This document shows, piece after piece, positions 13,541-28,100 of a DNA stretch of 54,654 nucleotides; the stretch's first letter is position 1; each line of letters starts with the position of its first letter. The position numbers and the translations under genes were made by a program. Source of the DNA: Sarea resinae. Its lineage: Eukaryota. The notes under the pieces are model-generated. The model did no database searches. It was not told the DNA's origin and worked only from the letters and a program-made list of their open reading frames with translations. Location: NCBI GenBank assembly GCA_026026165.1, contig JAPEUD010000073.1, positions 62,001 through 116,654 of the forward strand, read 5' to 3'.

Positions 13541-16500
13541 TTAGTCTTCACGTGTTGCTAGACTGGCCGGCTGGAAATCCTGCAATTCCTCCATGTCCGC
13601 TATGACTGCGTTGAAAACATGTGACACCTCGCGTGCTACTTTAGTTCGATTCCATTCTCCTCTCATCAACCAGATGCATTCCATAAGGGCAGAGTTTATT
13701 TGCTCCAATTGCTCTATCGAGCAACCACTGGTTCCTCTTGCTATCTCCTCAAGCAAGTTTGCAACATACCCTTCTTCAATGATTAATGCTTCATCGGGTG
13801 TGTTAAGGATTGAGCTGATGCTGCCCGAAGGTTGGTGTTGACTGGATGCACTGAATTGAGGTACAGGTGGTTGGGAATGTAATTGAGACCGCGGCTGAGA
13901 CTGACTGCTCCCTGGGTTACTGGGTGGATTACTACCCTGCGAGTACATCATATCTGGATTGCTCGTTAGTTGCGCCATAGTAATCGTGGTGATGATGCTC
14001 TTACCTTGCGTTTCTGGAAGCTGAGAGTCGCCGGAGCCGTTCTCAGGTATACTCGCATAGTTGGGGCCGTCTCCTCTTATCAAAAGACCATTGGAGCTTT
14101 GGGTAGTGTAGTACGGCCCTGAAGATCTATTTGAGTGATCAGAAGTCTTTTTCCCGGAAGTGGTTGTTGAAGCGTCATTCGCAAAATCTTCAATTTGAGA
14201 TCCAGGGGGCATATGGGTAATGGCAGACTTTTGCGATCGCTCAGTAGTGGCGCCACTGGGATTTGCCCAACTTGATACGCCAGACCGATCTTTCTGCATA
14301 GCAGCAGGCTGTATATGTCCCGAACGAGAGAAATCCGAAGAATTTGTCACTTCAGTCAAGGAGTCGAGTTTATTTCCACGTTCGTGGTCATGGGGCTTGT
14401 GCTGGTCGCTGTCGGCCATTGCAACGTCGTCATCACCGTCAACGTCATCGCCCGAAGGGGCCGAAGAGTCATTACCCTTCACATGCGTTCGAGCTACTTC
14501 CGCTGCATTAGTCACTTTGAGCATGTCACCGAGCATATCACCATTGGAGAAGGATCCCTGTTGCAAAGGACCGGACGGCGTGAGGGATGAAGTTCCCGGA
14601 ACCGGCTCACCCAACATAATCGGTCCTGAAGATTGTTCTGAGAATGCTCCTGGGGCCTCCCTAGCACCCAGGGACGGTTGGAAAGATCGCTCACTTCGGT
14701 CCCTTGCGAAGGTGGTTGCATCCTGCTTTGACCTCTGCAACAGATCTCGCTCTCTTTCCGTCTCGCGAAAGTGAACTTGCTCGCACTCGTTGACAAAACC
14801 GGGATCTTGTGCGTCGATGAAACCTATGTCAACCTCAACGTTCGACAGCATCTCGTTTGCTTTGAGGGTCCTCTCAGAATCGCCAATTGTCTTCGCATCT
14901 TTTGCCAGCCTCTTGATGTCGGCCAGAAAATCTTTCGACCTCTTATAGAAGCCATTTGAAAGACGCCTCTCGATAGTTACTGTCTCCAGGTTGTAGAAGA
15001 ATCTGTTTGTGGCCGTCTCCAATAATCCCGGCACTCCTTTATCATCGCTGTCCTTCTCATAAGGTCGTTGCTGTCTTTGCTGTTGAGGCAAGTCGGTGCT
15101 CACCATGTCTGGATCTTCATCATCGTAGAGATATCTGATCTGGCTCTCCTCAATTACCCCGGTGCGGAACTTCTTGTATCTCTGTTTGATCTGATCCATG
15201 ATAGGCTGAAGTCTAAGCTTGAGCATATTGAGAGTCTGTCGGTCCTTTCTCTTCTGGGCTTTCTTCTCTTCTTTCGACGGGCCTTCGGCAATCTTGGGCT
15301 GAGGTGCAACTTCGAGTTGTTCGAGCTTCCGTCGTTTGCGATGTACAGGATCCGGGAATCCGTTAGGCGAAGTGCGAATATAGTTGATTACCGTCTCAAA
15401 ATATTTCAGTCTCCACAGCTTTTCTTGATATCAGCAAATGAGTAGACGAAGGGTTTTACAAACTGACCTTTTTTGGCCTTCCCAAAGCAAACTGGTTTTT
15501 TTTCGAATAGCCAAAGAGGTCCTTGATCATTAATTTGTCCATGTCCTCCCCATCATTCTCGATGACTCCAAGCAGCAGCACCGGCTCAGAAGGAGGTAAA
15601 GAACGTAATAGACTGAGAAAGGCGGAGATAGCAGGGCCGGCCATATCTCTATACCAAGTATCCACGTTCGGAATATAGATCACGCTGGGTTTGCGTCGTC
15701 GAACTTCCGAGAAAAGCTGCACCACAGCTGCTTCGGGAGACTGTTCTCTTTTTTAAGCTGCTGCCTCGCGCAAAAAGTGACTGGATATGTGCAGTACTCA
15801 CTCTAGTTGAATCACTAAGCAACGTCGGCAGATCGAAAGGTTGGACATGTAAACCTTCGAAATGATGAAGTAGAGCACCAGCAATGTAAGATTGGCCCAT
15901 ACCCGGTGCTCCCCGGAGAAGTAATCTTGGTCGGAAAACCCGAGACCTCTCGAATTCTGGATAGTGTTAGCTCTGTTGAATTGTAAAAGAGAGCATGACG
16001 CACCTTGTTGCATTCTCTCGCGCTGGAAGCTGCCATCATCTTGAGCATCTTCAAATTGAGCCTCTTCAAGAGCTGTGAGCTTCTTCTGCCGGGGCAAGAT
16101 CTCGTCGAGTAAAAGCTTGATCTGCGACAACGGTTCCCGCAATAAGGGCTCGACGGATTTTGGGAGGGCAGATGATACAGAAGTCGTCGATCTCTCCGAC
16201 GAGGGAACAATCTTCGCCACCGAGATCATAAAATCTTTGGCAGTGATTTTGATGGTAGATGGATCTATAATGAGCTTTTCATTAGACTTGTAGATCTGAG
16301 GATACCTCCTTTGAACTGCATTCAATGCAGCTTCAGTGCACAGCGCACGAAGATCTGCGCCACCGTAGCCTTTGGTTATCTCTGCAAGCTGGTCTTTGAA
16401 AGGGCCATCTAATGGAGGATCCCAGCCTCTTGTATGTATATCGATAATGCTCCGCCTCGCATCCTTATCAGGTAGTGGAAAATAAAATTCTCTGTCGAAA

Positions 16501-18919
16501 CGCCCAGGACGGCGCAGGGCAGGATCGATAGAGTCCGGGCGATTCGTTGCTCCGATCACGACGACCTGGCCCCTTCCATCCATTCCATCCATGAGTGCCA
16601 GCAAAGTGGACACAATTGACGCGTGGATTTGTTCCTGTTTACTAGAACGAACGGGTGCAAGTCCTATCGCATTGATTAGAGAAACCAGTCATAAGAAACA
16701 TGCATCACACTTACCATCAATTTCATCAAAGAAGATGATGCTTGGTTGGGTTTTGCGTGCTTCTTCAAACAATAGCCTAAGCTGACGTTCCGCCTCACCA
16801 ACCCATTTACTAAGTGCGTCGGCCCCCTTGCGCATGTAAAAGGTCACTTTGCGGCCTTGAGAGCTGACGCTAGAAGCCAAAGCCCTAGCAAGAAGAGTCT
16901 TTCCAGTACCAGGGGGGCCATGGAATAAAACACCGCGCGGTGGTGTTACATGAAAGCGTGTGAAAATCTCAGGATACAGTAGAGGAAGAGATACCATCTC
17001 CTTGAGCTGGTCAATGTGGCCCTGTAGTCCGCCAACGCTATCGAAGTTGACATTTTGGTCGACACCCAATGGATCTGCATCGGCCAAGGCCTGCTTGTCC
17101 TTAATCTTTCCCAGATTTGACGGGTTGCCAGCAGACATTTGTCCAGCATCAGTTCCATGAGCTTGGGCAGACGGAAGGAACCCTTGTGGCATCGCAGACG
17201 TTGGTGTCATTCCGACTGGATCGGTCATCCTACGGGGGCGTTGTATTGCATCATCGTCGCTGCTGTCCGAATCTACTCCTCCAGCCGCGCCTATGCCGCC
17301 AGGCCCACCGAGGACTGGCGCAGGCCCGCCAGCACCTCCGAAGGGGCCATAAGTCGAGAAAAGAGAGCGCTGCCACGATCCACCACCGCCACGGCCGCGT
17401 CGCGTAGGTGTAGTCGCTGGTGCCGCTTCGGCATCTTCCCCAGGAAGAGCCAAATCAGGCCTCCAGATGCGATAATCCACTTCCTTCCGGCCCCGGAGTT
17501 TTGGACCTTCTTCGTACAAAATTGTCCGTTTCACTGACCGTTTCCGGGGGCTGCTTCGCAAGTCCTCGATTTCCTCCGCCAGTTCTTCGGCGATGTCGCT
17601 TTCGTGTTCGGAAGCCGACGTTTGTCTGTTTCGAGCTGAGCTTCCGGATCTCCCTTTCCCTAGACGACCAGACCTTCGGCTATTACTACTCTCGTTGCCC
17701 TCGTCTTGTTTTTGGCTGGACTTCTTTGGAGACGCTGCAGAGTGTTCAGAACTGGACATATCATCATCAGCGCCTTCTTCCGCATTGGGCTCAAAATCGC
17801 TGCTCTCTTCGTTCTCGCGCTTTCGCGGCCTCTGGGACCTCCGAGTGGAATGCTGCGAGCCTGTCACCCGGGAGCTCTACAGCACGGACGAGTGATTAGT
17901 ATTTGCTTTCGCACACAACACAACGCATGCAATAGGGTACTAACTCTGGTAGCTCGTCCTCGGGCGGAGATAGGTTCCTCGTCATCTTCGTCCTCGTCGT
18001 CTTCTGGGGCGGCTTCCCCTGCCGAGTCTGCAATAGTAGCTCCATCACCCATCTCAACATCTTGTTGATTTTGAGAATCGCCTTGTGTAGCATTTTGTGT
18101 GTCGGTCTTTGCGATCAAATTATCTGCATATTCGCATGCGGCAAGTCCTGCTTCAACAACACCGTGTTGAACTTCTTCAGCAGGTTGTACGGATTGGGTG
18201 TTATTAGACGCTAAGGTCCGAGTGTCGTCTCCTTCCTCAACCTCAATGACAGTTCGTGGACCCGACAGCCGGACTCCTTTGTCTCCTCGTGTCGGCCTTC
18301 GCGAGGAAGAATCGGGACTATGGGTGCCGTGACGGAGGATCTGGGCGTGTCTTCCAGATTCGGTCAGAGCAACGATTGTTTCTTGCTCGTCATGAGCTAT
18401 ACGACTGCTTCTCCGCGTGCCAGGATTGGTGGCATCCGCTGTGGTCCCCCGCCTCATGCCACGACCAGCGCTGCTACCTCTTGCGACTCGTTCAGGGGTG
18501 GAATCCTTGGTGGGTAGATTTAGTTTCAGTATGAGTTTTGACCGTTTCGGGCTGTCTGATTCCCTCGCTCCGACCTCCTGGAGAAATTCTTCACTGTTGC
18601 TGTCGCTCTCTTCGTATTTAATGCCCTTTTTCACGCTGCGACGTTTTGGTCTGCCAGTCACTGGATCATGCTCTGGCTCAGCCTCCTCTGATACATCTTC
18701 CTCGTATGACTCTTCTGACATCAAAGCCTCCTCGCTCTCATCTTCCGAGCCATCTGCGCGGTAGGTTCTGCGTTGCCTTTTCCTGAAAGGCTTTCTCGTC
18801 TGGCCCTTTACACTTCTGGCGCGCTTTGGTTTAGAAGGGGATGCGCTGTATGTCGAATCGTCGGAGTCTGATTTGTTGGGATCAAACTCTTCCAGGTTGC
18901 GCTTGTTGCGATTCGGCAT
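13541..18919 (-). CDS. YTA7: AAA+ ATPase/bromodomain chromatin factor Yta7/ATAD2
   Basis: Walker A GPPGTGKT, Walker B IIFFDEIDG, SRH TNRPDSIDPALRRPGRFDREF, a second degenerate AAA domain, a bromodomain-like segment (NLETVTIERRLSNGFY) and an acidic N-terminus. About 6 introns. Confidence 0.95.
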
Positions 18920-21900
18920 TATGACGCGTTGGATGAAGCAGACAGAGGGTATCCTGATAGCGCCTCAGCCAAGCCGCTCAACCTATTGTCGAAACGTACC
19001 CGCTTTACTGCTGCACTGACTTCCGAAAAGAGGATTTCAGATTTCCCGTCGCGCGGATTGTCGGGTGAATCTAGATTAGACCGCCGTGTGATGATTTATC
19101 TAAGGTAGGTACTGGCTGCATTCCTTCAAGGGCTCTAGATAAAGCAGCTAGTGGAGAAGCAGGAAAAGCTCCATTTGCGGCAGCACGCAAACGCACACGA
19201 AGTTCGACGGCAGCAGGAAGGGTGATGAAGTATGGGCAAGAGGTATGAAGATTGGTTTGTAGAGTTGGTAGGCATAGAGCAAGTCAAGTCGGTAGATTTG
19301 GAGGTGACAAGGTAAGGTTATGGAAGGCAGGCTAGCATGCGTGAAGAAGTACACAGGGTGTCTTGGCATGGATCTACTATTTCAGGTACATACCAGGTAC
19401 ATAATAGTAATTGATTCTCTGTACAGGGAAGGATACTTTGGTATCGTGAGCTGTCATGAGTGTCAGCTAGGTATCGTTAAAGGTACCATGGCAAGTATAT
19501 TGTACTTTACCCCTTCACGGTTATTTACATACTAGATGATAGCCCACGAATACTCTAAGCCTACCGGTTCATTTACGCCTTCATGACACAGTCGAGAGGC
19601 TTGTAACCGGGCTCAAAGTCAAAGGCAAACGACCGCTCCACAATAGTAACAATTCTGATACTTGGCCGGCTCTGGACCTTATATGATCATACGTCTACCA
19701 TCCTCAGATGGTCTTCTCTATCTGTTTCTCCTTCGACAAAGGCAGTTCAGCGAATAACAAGTTCGTACATGGTGATATGAACGACTACGATCCTAGCGAC
19801 AGTAAATATGGTCAGCCCGTTGCATCCACTACTCCGTACTCCACAGAGTACAGAGTACTACTTACAGGTCTCGTCCAGCTAGTAGTAAGTCGACAAAGTC
19901 AATGCGCGGCAATAATTAGAACCGCCAGGTACTATATGCGGCTCAAAAGCTTATCCCAACTATGTAAGTACATAAAGTACTAAGTAGCTCAGCATCTTGT
20001 TAGGCTGATCACATTCGCCCACAACCATGAAACAAAGTAACAGCAGTATGTTAGTATTTCTCACCTTACTTACTACTTAGTACGATGTTGATAGAAGCCG
20101 ACAAGAGTACCTAGATCTACGACACTGGGCTACAATAGCGAGATGAACAGCCGCACATCCATATATTGTCCTTGTGAGGTGATGTTCCGCTGCACATCCA
20201 CTTTCTTGTTACGGCGGTCCACCACCAGATAGGATCCTGTTGCTGAACTTCATCGTGAGCATGTCTGTATCCTGTTTTGGCAAGTTCAGTGTTGTGTAGT
20301 CCGCACAGTGACTGCTCCGCATTTTCAGATCGGTATCTCAGAAGGACACTTAAGGATGAGCTATTTGTGAATACACGCAGGACACTCTGAAAAAGCACGA
20401 AAGGATTTGACCTTCTAAGGAGACATCAATTGAGCCAACTAACGACTTTGTTCGAGCCGAGTGGATCATTTGATTCGAGTTGAATGGATACACGGAGCAA
20501 GAGATATGGATTCTATACAACTATCCCCCTAACATATAGTGGCCGCAAGGGAATTGATAGATTTAATTAGTCTTAGCCTGGAGGTATCAATATCTATTCA
20601 GCTATGGTTTTACTATGCTCTCCAATTTCAACTTCTGCCTTCTTAGTCCCAAAGGGCCTGTTGATCGACGTGATCAAGGTGGTAACGCTTGCTGAACGAG
20701 GGGGAGGGATGGAGAGGGGGGTAGCGAGCCAAATTGTCCTGGCTCGAGCTGATTAAATTTGTATCAGGAGTAGCTTCAGGATCTCTTCATCGTCGTTGTC
20801 TCGTGGACAGTTTCGGTGATGGGCATTTCAGCTCTTGAGAGATCAAAAGAGAAGCCAGCGCAAGCAGATCTATCTCACCGGCTTTGTTTTCTTATGATTG
20901 AGGACCATTTTTGTAGCTTAAATCTTGGAGCTCAACTCACGTGTGCTATTTCTGAGCACGCAATCTAGAGAGAGCTTCGTATCAAGCCTCGACGTTTCAA
21001 CGTACCAGAGAGGATGCTTTCAAACAGATCTGTTTTCCACCTCCTGTACAGCCACTAGAGCCTTGATGACATGGTCATAGGCTCATGCGTTGTGGCAGAG
21101 ATCGCATCCATCCTTTCAGCGGGCGGGAATAAATTAATGGTCTTTGGCACAAGCAGTGGCTCGGCTTAATCGATGGTTGGCGATTCCATCAGGCTAAAAT
21201 GCGGCGCTCTCATCCCCTGTAAGTCAAACTATATCTTCTCAAACTTATCATTGCAGTGACAGTCCGTATGCAGCTTTTCACGGACTCGCCTCAGGAAATA
21301 GAACAAGTAGAACATAGTGTTTTGGGCGACCTTTAATTCCAACGAACGTAAGCTAGTTGATATCGGCTGTCCACTGACCTATAGCACATGAGGTAAGCTG
21401 AGATGAAAAAAATGACTGAAGGCGTGGACCATTTACTAACACATTAGTAAAGCGTTTGCTGTTCGGCGCAGTTCAATTAGGTAAGGTAGGAAGGTAGGTA
21501 GTTGGACACTTACGGTGATGTATTACAGTGCAAGCAAGAATTGCAGGAAGAACGCGCTACTTCTCGTGGATCGCATATCAACGCGAACACGGCGATGAAG
21601 GGATTAGTATCTTGAAATACCTCTAAGGTTGTCCAGTGTAGTGACTTATAAAACAAAAGAGTCGACCCGTCTTTCTTTCAAGAAGTGTTCATCAGGTATA
21701 GCTAGCCTTTGAAACAATGATCCTTGCCATGGAAGGAAGAGCTGCTCGGGAAGGGTGATAGCTTTACACATACCGGAGTGTGAAATGGTAAGGTAAAACT
21801 CCAAAGAACCCCCTTCATGCACGAATTAGACCTACCATAGATAGCAAGAGATGAGATGACGAAACGCCCGGCTTAGGTGAATTAGACACAGTTTTCGCGC

Positions 21901-22990
21901 GAAGTGAGTTTCGAATTTGAACTGTCCCAAGCGAACCATGATCGAGCACATGAAGGTCAGTAGCAATACCTCCAGGCTCAAGAGGAGTATATATCTTCTT
22001 CGAGCTGGCTGAGTATATGAAAGACATTCTGAATATCGCAAGATCTCTGTGGGATGGTTTCAGGTGATTCGATACTATGCGTGAAATCTTAGCTTATCAA
22101 CAGATCCGAAGGATCGACGATCTCCCAACGCAAGCTTAAAGCTCAGGTTGGAATGCCACCTGCAGTATGTGGCTGTGACCAAAGCCATTTGTGCGATGCT
22201 ATATGGGAATTTATCTCCTCTTCCGCAAAGAGAAGACTACGTCACTAGATTTGCCAAACAACTTCACATTGAGCTACGAGTCTTCGAAAACCGTATGCTC
22301 CGCAAGAGAATTCTGGAAAGCTTCGGATGGCGAAGCACGAGCTTGGCTGTTCGTAAGCGTGAATACGACCTACAGCGAGGTGACCGGTGCGCAGCCCATC
22401 TAGTCTGTAGGCATCGAGGGTGACAGTGCTGCAAATTGCTGCTGTGTATTGTTCAGGCGATTACGACGGTGTCGATATTTTGAGGCAAGATTGAAACGCA
22501 TAATGATACAATAGGCGGGCGACAAGAGAAAGGATCGTGTACGCGATGTAACTGCGACGACTGCAGCATGTTCCCGAAATGTCTGATGCTGAGCCACTGT
22601 AGGCAAAGAGTGTAAAGAAATCCAGCGATATTTGGCGAATGCCGACAGAGACCTGGGAAGCACATCGTATCGTTCTCGCCACCATTATTTTTCCCTCCTA
22701 TTCAGAGTTGACGTACTATCCGAAAGAGCAGACCGAAGCTTTTGGTGAAAGAAGAAACCCGATACTGGCTACCGAGCAGTCTCCATACGTTCATCGAAGA
22801 TGCAGGAAAGACGGCATAGTAGTGTTGTGCGAGTAAGACGAAAAAAAAGACGACACGAAAGAAAATCCGAGGACTGAAGGCTCCGAACTGGCGAAAGTCC
22901 AAGGCTTGCCGAGCAGCTAGCAGGTTATGCGCATACGTGCACTATCTTGTAGTACGCTCTACACCTGAGCTTCATCAGCGAAACTGCAAT

Positions 22991-24085
22991 TTATCTGCGA
23001 GAGTACCTATCATCAGCACGGTCGGCATAGACTCTACCTGCATATGGGTCCCGAGCATCCCTCGAAGGCGCCGGTTCGCCATAAGCGGCAGCGTGACTGG
23101 AGCGTCCACCCTCTCTGTCGTAGTAATCGCCTCCGCCGCGCCGATCGTCCCCACGACTGCCGTAGCGATCTTCACGACCACCGGAGGCATAACGGTCAAC
23201 TCCGCGTGGCGCATAGTCGTCCCGGGGCTCACGGCGTCCGTAGTAGCGGTCTCGGTCATCGTATCGAGGAGCAGATCCGCGATAGCTATAGGGGTCATCG
23301 CGCCTACCACCATAACCGCCGCGACGGTCATCATACCGACCACCGAAGCGGCGTGGGGGCCCGCGCTCATCTTCTTTGGGATATTTAGTCGCGCATTTGA
23401 CGGGGGATGAAAGACAGATCACACGTACCGCGCTTCGGAGGTCCAAAGTATTTTCCTGGAGTCGGTGTTCTTGGTCGTGCACGTCTAGCCTTTTCGATGC
23501 TCAAGGTCCTACCTTCAAATACCTCGCCTTGAAGACCTTCTTTAGCAGCGTCGGCTTGTTCAGCAGTGACCATCTTAACAAATCCGAACCCACGGGATTC
23601 TTTAGTATGAGGATCCAACATGATAGCACACTTCTCTACGTCGCCATATTTTTCAAAGAGACGAGAGACTTCCTGCTCTGACAGGCGAGGATGGATTCCA
23701 GTAACGAAAAGGTTGGAGCCAGGATTGCGCGCAGCTGCATCCCTCTCTTCCTGTGAGCGGCTATCTGGTGGGGCTGGACCACTGTAAAGTCATCTGCCAT
23801 CAGTAATGCGTGTCGTAGACCAGCGAATCCACATACCGACTATCCATACGTCCACCAGGCGATGCACTTCTGGCTCTTCCGCTGCCACGAGGGCTCTCAG
23901 CGCGGCGAGCGGGGCGCGGCGAAACACTCCTATCGCGGTCATAGCGAGGCTCATCTTAACGTTGCAACAAATACATCAGCTTGGACAGATGCAAGTAGGA
24001 AAGAGAAGTGATAAATCTTCGTTTAGTCCGACTACGACGTAATATACATACCATCATAACCGCGGCCCTCATTTTCATAGTCCAT
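22991..24085 (-). CDS. Tra2/SR-like RRM RNA-binding protein
   Basis: The start MDYENEGRGYD is at 24085. The RRM carries NPGSNLFVTGIHPRL and RNP1 SRGFGFVKM, followed by RARPRTPTPGKYFG and an R/D/G/Y-rich tail. Confidence 0.9.
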
Positions 24086-25126
24086 GGCCGACATCCTTTG
24101 ATACGTCGCGTCAAGAAGAGATTTGAGGCAAGTACCTTCTCAGTAAAGCAGCTTTCGGTCAATCAAGCAATATAGCTTTATCTGCAGACGCGTGAGAATG
24201 GTAGGCGATGTAGATCGAGAAGAACCAAGTGGACAAGTGGCCTGGTTGAAACAGCAGACACAGCTGGGCAGGATGGAAACTCGTAATGGAATAAGAAGCA
24301 GTGGATGATGAAGTGAAGAAATGATGGAGTTGCGATCAGGTTAAGTTTGAGGTGAAAGAAAGGTAAAGTAAGGTAGTTTCGATCTACAGGCTACTAAGGC
24401 AGGAACTGACTTGGTAAAGTGAGTACCACAGTACTCTTCGAGTACTGGGTACGAAGTACTTACCTCCTTAGGCAGAGGAGCCCAGTGCCTAGGTACCTAC
24501 CTTACCTACATTATGTGGTACCTAGCCCTTGTCCGAGGGTCAGCCAAGAAAGGTCACTAATTTCGAACAGCTAAGTACTTCAAGAATGAGGTGTACAGAA
24601 TATTGATCAAGGGCGAAAGCTTATGTAATACCTAGTAAATATAGGTGAAAGAATAAAATATACGGAGTGGGTAATTATTCTGTATTCAAGAGTAGAGTCC
24701 CAGATTAAGGTACCCGCACGTCTAACATTAACCTGTTAGATATAATGGAATAGGTAGATACCTGTATAATAAACTTGATAATACTAAGCGTATTTAAGAC
24801 TACTAGTAGGTAGATATTCTACTCTTGCGTATAATTACTACCTTAGGTAACCTACTTAACAACCTATATCTCACTAAGTATTATAGTTTTTTGCCTAATA
24901 ATCAATTATAAGTAGATTTTATCTTAAAAACAACTAGTATAGAAGAATACTCTACTACGTTCTAGGAGAATAGGAGTTTACAGGCAAAGCATTAAGTTGA
25001 AAGTTCTCAGAGGCTAGGTCTCCTATCTGCGGCGTGGTATCTTCTGTAAACGCAAAATCATGGCGACTTGAGATTCGGGAGGAAAAGCCGTCAGACTGAG
25101 CACCTAGACTCCGTCCAGACTATCGA

Positions 25127-28100
25127 TCAGCGGACGCCGCGCCATGGCCTGCGGATTTTCTTTTTCTTTTCCCTACTAGGACGATGTGGTGGCCGTGCAT
25201 TTACCAGCTGTGATGAAATTCCCGTTTTTGACGATCCGTCTGCGCTGTTCATCTCATCATCGACAAGGCCTCGCAGCTCCTCTTCGTCAATCTCACTGAG
25301 TTCTTCACTCATTCCTCTGACTACTTCTCGCCCTGTCCATCGCTCTTCATAAATCGTCGTGCCTATCAGGTCGAATGGTTCGAGATACCAAGGTATACCG
25401 CCGGCCGATTGAGGAGCAAGGATGTCCTCCTCTGCACTTCGAGGTTGAGTTGGTGGATCTGGAGTCGAGTGCTCAGATGTTCGGTCATCGGGTAACACGT
25501 TGTCTGTTCTTTGGTACTCTTGATTCAAGCGACCTGTTTCGGACGGGACTCGCCTTTGGACATCCGTCGAAGCTACATCACGCCTGGGAGAGCGATCTGA
25601 GGAGGATGCGATGCCGTCTGCCACTACAACCGTCTCTGTTTGCCGGTCAAATTCTGGTGTGACAGGCTCAGCTCTGTGCCCGGATTTGAGCATTCCACCA
25701 TTCTCTTCGCAAGACATATCCCCACGATGCTCGACTGTGACTGCAACATCGATACCAGTAGCCTTTATAATCTCCTCTCCATTCAGCTTGACTTTGGACG
25801 CTCGGCTTGCGCCCGATTCATCGTCGCTGGCGTCATCGATGCCAGATGATGTAAGTGAATCGCTGACAACAATACTGTTTTCCAGCAAGAAGTTCAGAGA
25901 CCTAATATCCTGATCAACAGGCCTACCCCATAGATCCGCTTCTTTAGAGATTGCGTCCTCTAAAGAGCATTTGATAGCCTTGATGATACGCTTTGCCAGT
26001 CTTCTTTGGTCTCTGTAATCGATGTGATGGCTGCCGTTTGAAGCAAGCTTGCTCCTGTAACTCTGCCTGATTTGAGTACTGAAAACCGTGCCAATATCTG
26101 CGGCAAATTGTTTCACAGAACTATAAACGTGGCCTTCAAGATTTGCACGCACAGTGTCAAAGCCGTCCATGAATACATGTTTTCCATCGAGGCTATGGTT
26201 CAGCCGTTAGTCATAAATATATAGAATAGGCTTGCGTGAGTAAACTTACCTCCGAGCTTTCTCGATGACCGGCCATAGTAATGGGACGACAGGAAAATAT
26301 ATGGTCTCCACGACGTCTCTCAAGATCTCGACATCCTTCAGCTTTTCGCTTTCTCTTTGTCTCGCAAGTTCACAAAGGCCCCGGAGTTTCTCAATGTCCT
26401 GCTGCAACATTTCGGCAAAATCTATCCTACGCTGTAGTCGGACTCTTCCCGCGGGTCCCATGGCAGCAAAATTCCGTCGAGTTATTTCCATCGAGGAAAA
26501 GGTCTCCATTTGTAGCTGAAGCCTCTTTAACAAAGCTGCTCCTCTTCTAGCTTCTCTCTTAAGCGTCCAGTACTTGCACGCCTCCGCTGCATATTCTTTC
26601 CTCTTCCGCACATTGAATCTCTGCAATGAAAGCTCTACTGAGTCATAGAGGGATTGTGGTATAACGGGAGCACCTGATGGAAGCCTCCAAATCATCTTCG
26701 TACCCTGATCTCGTTTGCGCTTTGTTCCACTTAGCGCAGACGTCATGTGGGAGGATGTATTTATATTTGGGTCATCGAGGGGCTCTGGATCTGCGTTGAC
26801 GTAGGAAGACACGCGTGTCAAAGCTGATTGCTGACTGTCTGCCCATAGGCGCCCCCTCATGGTATGATGATAGAAATCCTGCGCCTCAGTGATCGCTGAG
26901 TCCACGTTATGCTCACGTCTCCAGTCTGAAGGGACATGTTTATCGCAATATGCCTTCAGCACGCTTGCGTCCAAGGTAGCGGCGCCACTATGGGTAGACT
27001 TCATTTTCAAGAATAATTGCGCTCTCCTGGCACAAGTGACATGAAAAGCGATGAAGCAGTTCTTGTTACCGCACTGGATGCACGCGCCCATTTTTTGCCT
27101 GCATATATAGCATGTCTGAGCCAGTTGTAAGCATAAATTAAGGCTACGGGTATCTTCCAGCATATGTCACTCACGAGCTTCCAGCGTTGTCTCGGGACCT
27201 TCTCAACATCCATGACAGGCTCCATGAAAGTCGAATTTCCGAGCGTGACTTCAGGTATCCAGATCGCACATAGCAAATGCGACCACCTGGACGAATTGGT
27301 CTGCTTGAACGCACCATCAACGTTGGGACAGAAGATGCAGGTCTGAACTAGAGATAAGCACGGAAAAGCAGCAGTTCCAAGCAGGGACACTCACTGGAGT
27401 ACCGCGTCCGATGAGCTGGCATTTGCGACAAAGCCATTGTCCTTCCGGGATGAATGGTACGCCATAGCACTCTTGATGCACAGCGAGATCGCAGCCATCA
27501 CAAAATACTATTGCGTTCGTATTTTCGCAATCGCCATCGTCACAGATAGCACATTTGCTATCTTGTTCTTCTCCAGGTCCAGAGGGTTCGCCGTTCACGG
27601 CTGCAGCAGAGCTCGACCGTGGTCGATGAGTTTGCGGTGGTTTCGGACTAGGCTTAGGGATTCCTGCGTACCAATTAGACTGGCCGATAATAGAAAGACA
27701 GCTATCAGGGGCCTACTTTTCTCGAGAGCGTGCCATTCTTTTTCAATTTTCGTCATGGTAATCTCGAAAATGGCTGGCTTTATCGGCTCCGCTTCTTCCA
27801 ACTTTCGGTGGGTATTGAAAGCTTCAAGCCACTTGTCATCTTGCTCGTCCATATCATATTCGACTCTGCCTACGCTTGAGCCACCTAAAGCGGTGTTCAC
27901 TTCTCCTTCTGTTCTAGAAGCATGGGCAAGATCCAAGTCCTCCTCTATGGTACCTTCGCCGGCTCTTATCAATGTTCTCTCTGGTCGAATAAAGATGTCG
28001 CTTTCCTGGTAGCCGATATTTGCCATGGTACGATCCACGTAGTCCTGCTGGCTAGTTATTTTGTGCTCGTAGAGGGCGAATGAATCGATTGTACGAAAGG

